Shown here piece after piece: positions 63,127 through 64,000 of a stretch of 64,000 nt of DNA. This DNA comes from a bacterium. GTDB taxonomy: Bacteria; Hinthialibacterota; Hinthialibacteria; Hinthialibacterales; Hinthialibacteraceae. Both the position numbers and the translations under genes were made by a program. A model generated the notes under the pieces. The model was not told the origin of the DNA, ran no database searches, and saw nothing but the letters and a program-made list of their open reading frames with translations. The DNA is taken from positions 128,001 through 192,000 of the forward strand of contig CAXXMV010000008.1 in the NCBI GenBank assembly GCA_963662285.2. The letters are read 5' to 3'. Position 1 is the first letter of the stretch. Every line of letters begins with the position of its first letter.

Positions 63127-63795
63127 CTATTTCCCGCGTTCGGAACCAGAATTCTTGTGATATTTCTGTAAAAACTCCTCTGCCACCTTCCGCGTTTTGG
63201 GACTTTTGCAATCGCATTGCTTTTCAACGAAGGTTAAAATTTTCTTTTTCTCTTTACATTCGTCATATATTTGGTCGAAAGATTGGATGATATCAGCCTT
63301 GATCAAATCAATGCGCTCAGGATCACGGTCGGTTTGGTCAATTTCAAGGAGGATTTTGATGATTTTATTTTGCAGTTTGTTTTTGCTTTTCATAATTTTC
63401 CCTGCGTTACGCGCTACGAAAACCGCAGGGATCAGCTTTACATCATTTAAGTAACTGAAATATTTGTCGAAAATCTTCTCGAATTTTTTCTGGGGATCGT
63501 TCTGAGATAGATTTGCGATTAAATTAAGAGCACAGCAGCGATGAAAGGAATTTTTACTATCAAGTAGTGAAATAAAATAATCCCATTCGGGATAAATAAT
63601 TGAGGGTTGATCTTCACTAATCTGTAAAAGAACTTTTTCACAATTAAAGCGTACAGTTTCCGTTTTAACTTTTAGACCTTCAAGGAGTTTTTCTAATACG
63701 CTCTTATCTGATAACGCAAGCGCAGTGACTTCGTCAATGTCAAAATTATCTTTACAATTCAATAACTCATTTAGATTCTTGCATTTCTTAATCAT
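63127..63795 (-). CDS. HEAT/ARM-like helical hypothetical protein
   Basis: RBS ggaggtga; helical repeats (VRFNCEKVLLQISE, SPKTRKVAEEFL); AT-rich. Confidence 0.6.
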   Translation of the reverse strand: MIKKCKNLNELLNCKDNFDIDEVTALALSDKSVLEKLLEGLKVKTETVRFNCEKVLLQISEDQPSIIYPEWDYFISLLDSKNSFHRCCALNLIANLSQNDPQKKFEKIFDKYFSYLNDVKLIPAVFVARNAGKIMKSKNKLQNKIIKILLEIDQTDRDPERIDLIKADIIQSFDQIYDECKEKKKILTFVEKQCDCKSPKTRKVAEEFLQKYHKNSGSERGK

Positions 63796-64000
63796 GGATC
63801 ACCTCCACAAGTATTCCATATATCTGAGTTTTACCATTAACAATATTAAATGATATATACGTGAGCGCCTACGGATATTTTCAATTTCCCAGGATGTAAT
63901 AAGCAAGATATTGGATAGAATAATTTATTGATGCAAATCCCAATGTTCAATAGACGAAACATTCTCAACAAGGTTCACTTTTACTGTAACTTTTTTTGTG

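Overview
Bacterial chromosomal window, mostly protein-quality-control genes interleaved with secreted accessory proteins. It contains hsp20-lon-htrA, tRNA-Glu(CTC) and lipA. A co-oriented ~21 kb run holds htrA-grpE-dnaK-FmdB-like, a MoxR/DUF58/BatA-E-type locus (with an added GT2 and a TPR-PPIase), groEL without groES, and a polytopic membrane protein. Also present: a ribose-type ABC importer, two complete IS elements (IS5-like; ISL3 with 8-bp TSD), and a REP-associated tyrosine transposase (RAYT) flanked by its palindromes. At least three dispersed palindromic repeat families occur. Best leads: (1) a shared C-terminal heptapeptide [V/I]-x-[D/E]-W-x-[L/V]-[Y/F]-stop on unrelated secreted proteins, suggesting a protein sorting/anchoring signal; (2) the RAYT with a GG(T/C)GCCAAG-ended REP family, about 8 copies in two subfamilies; (3) an unannotated 52-aa proline-rich ORF coupled to a DUF6338-like membrane gene, visible only after removing the ISL3 in silico. 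All family names come from motif recognition, not database searches. No CRISPR, rRNA or prophage was seen.
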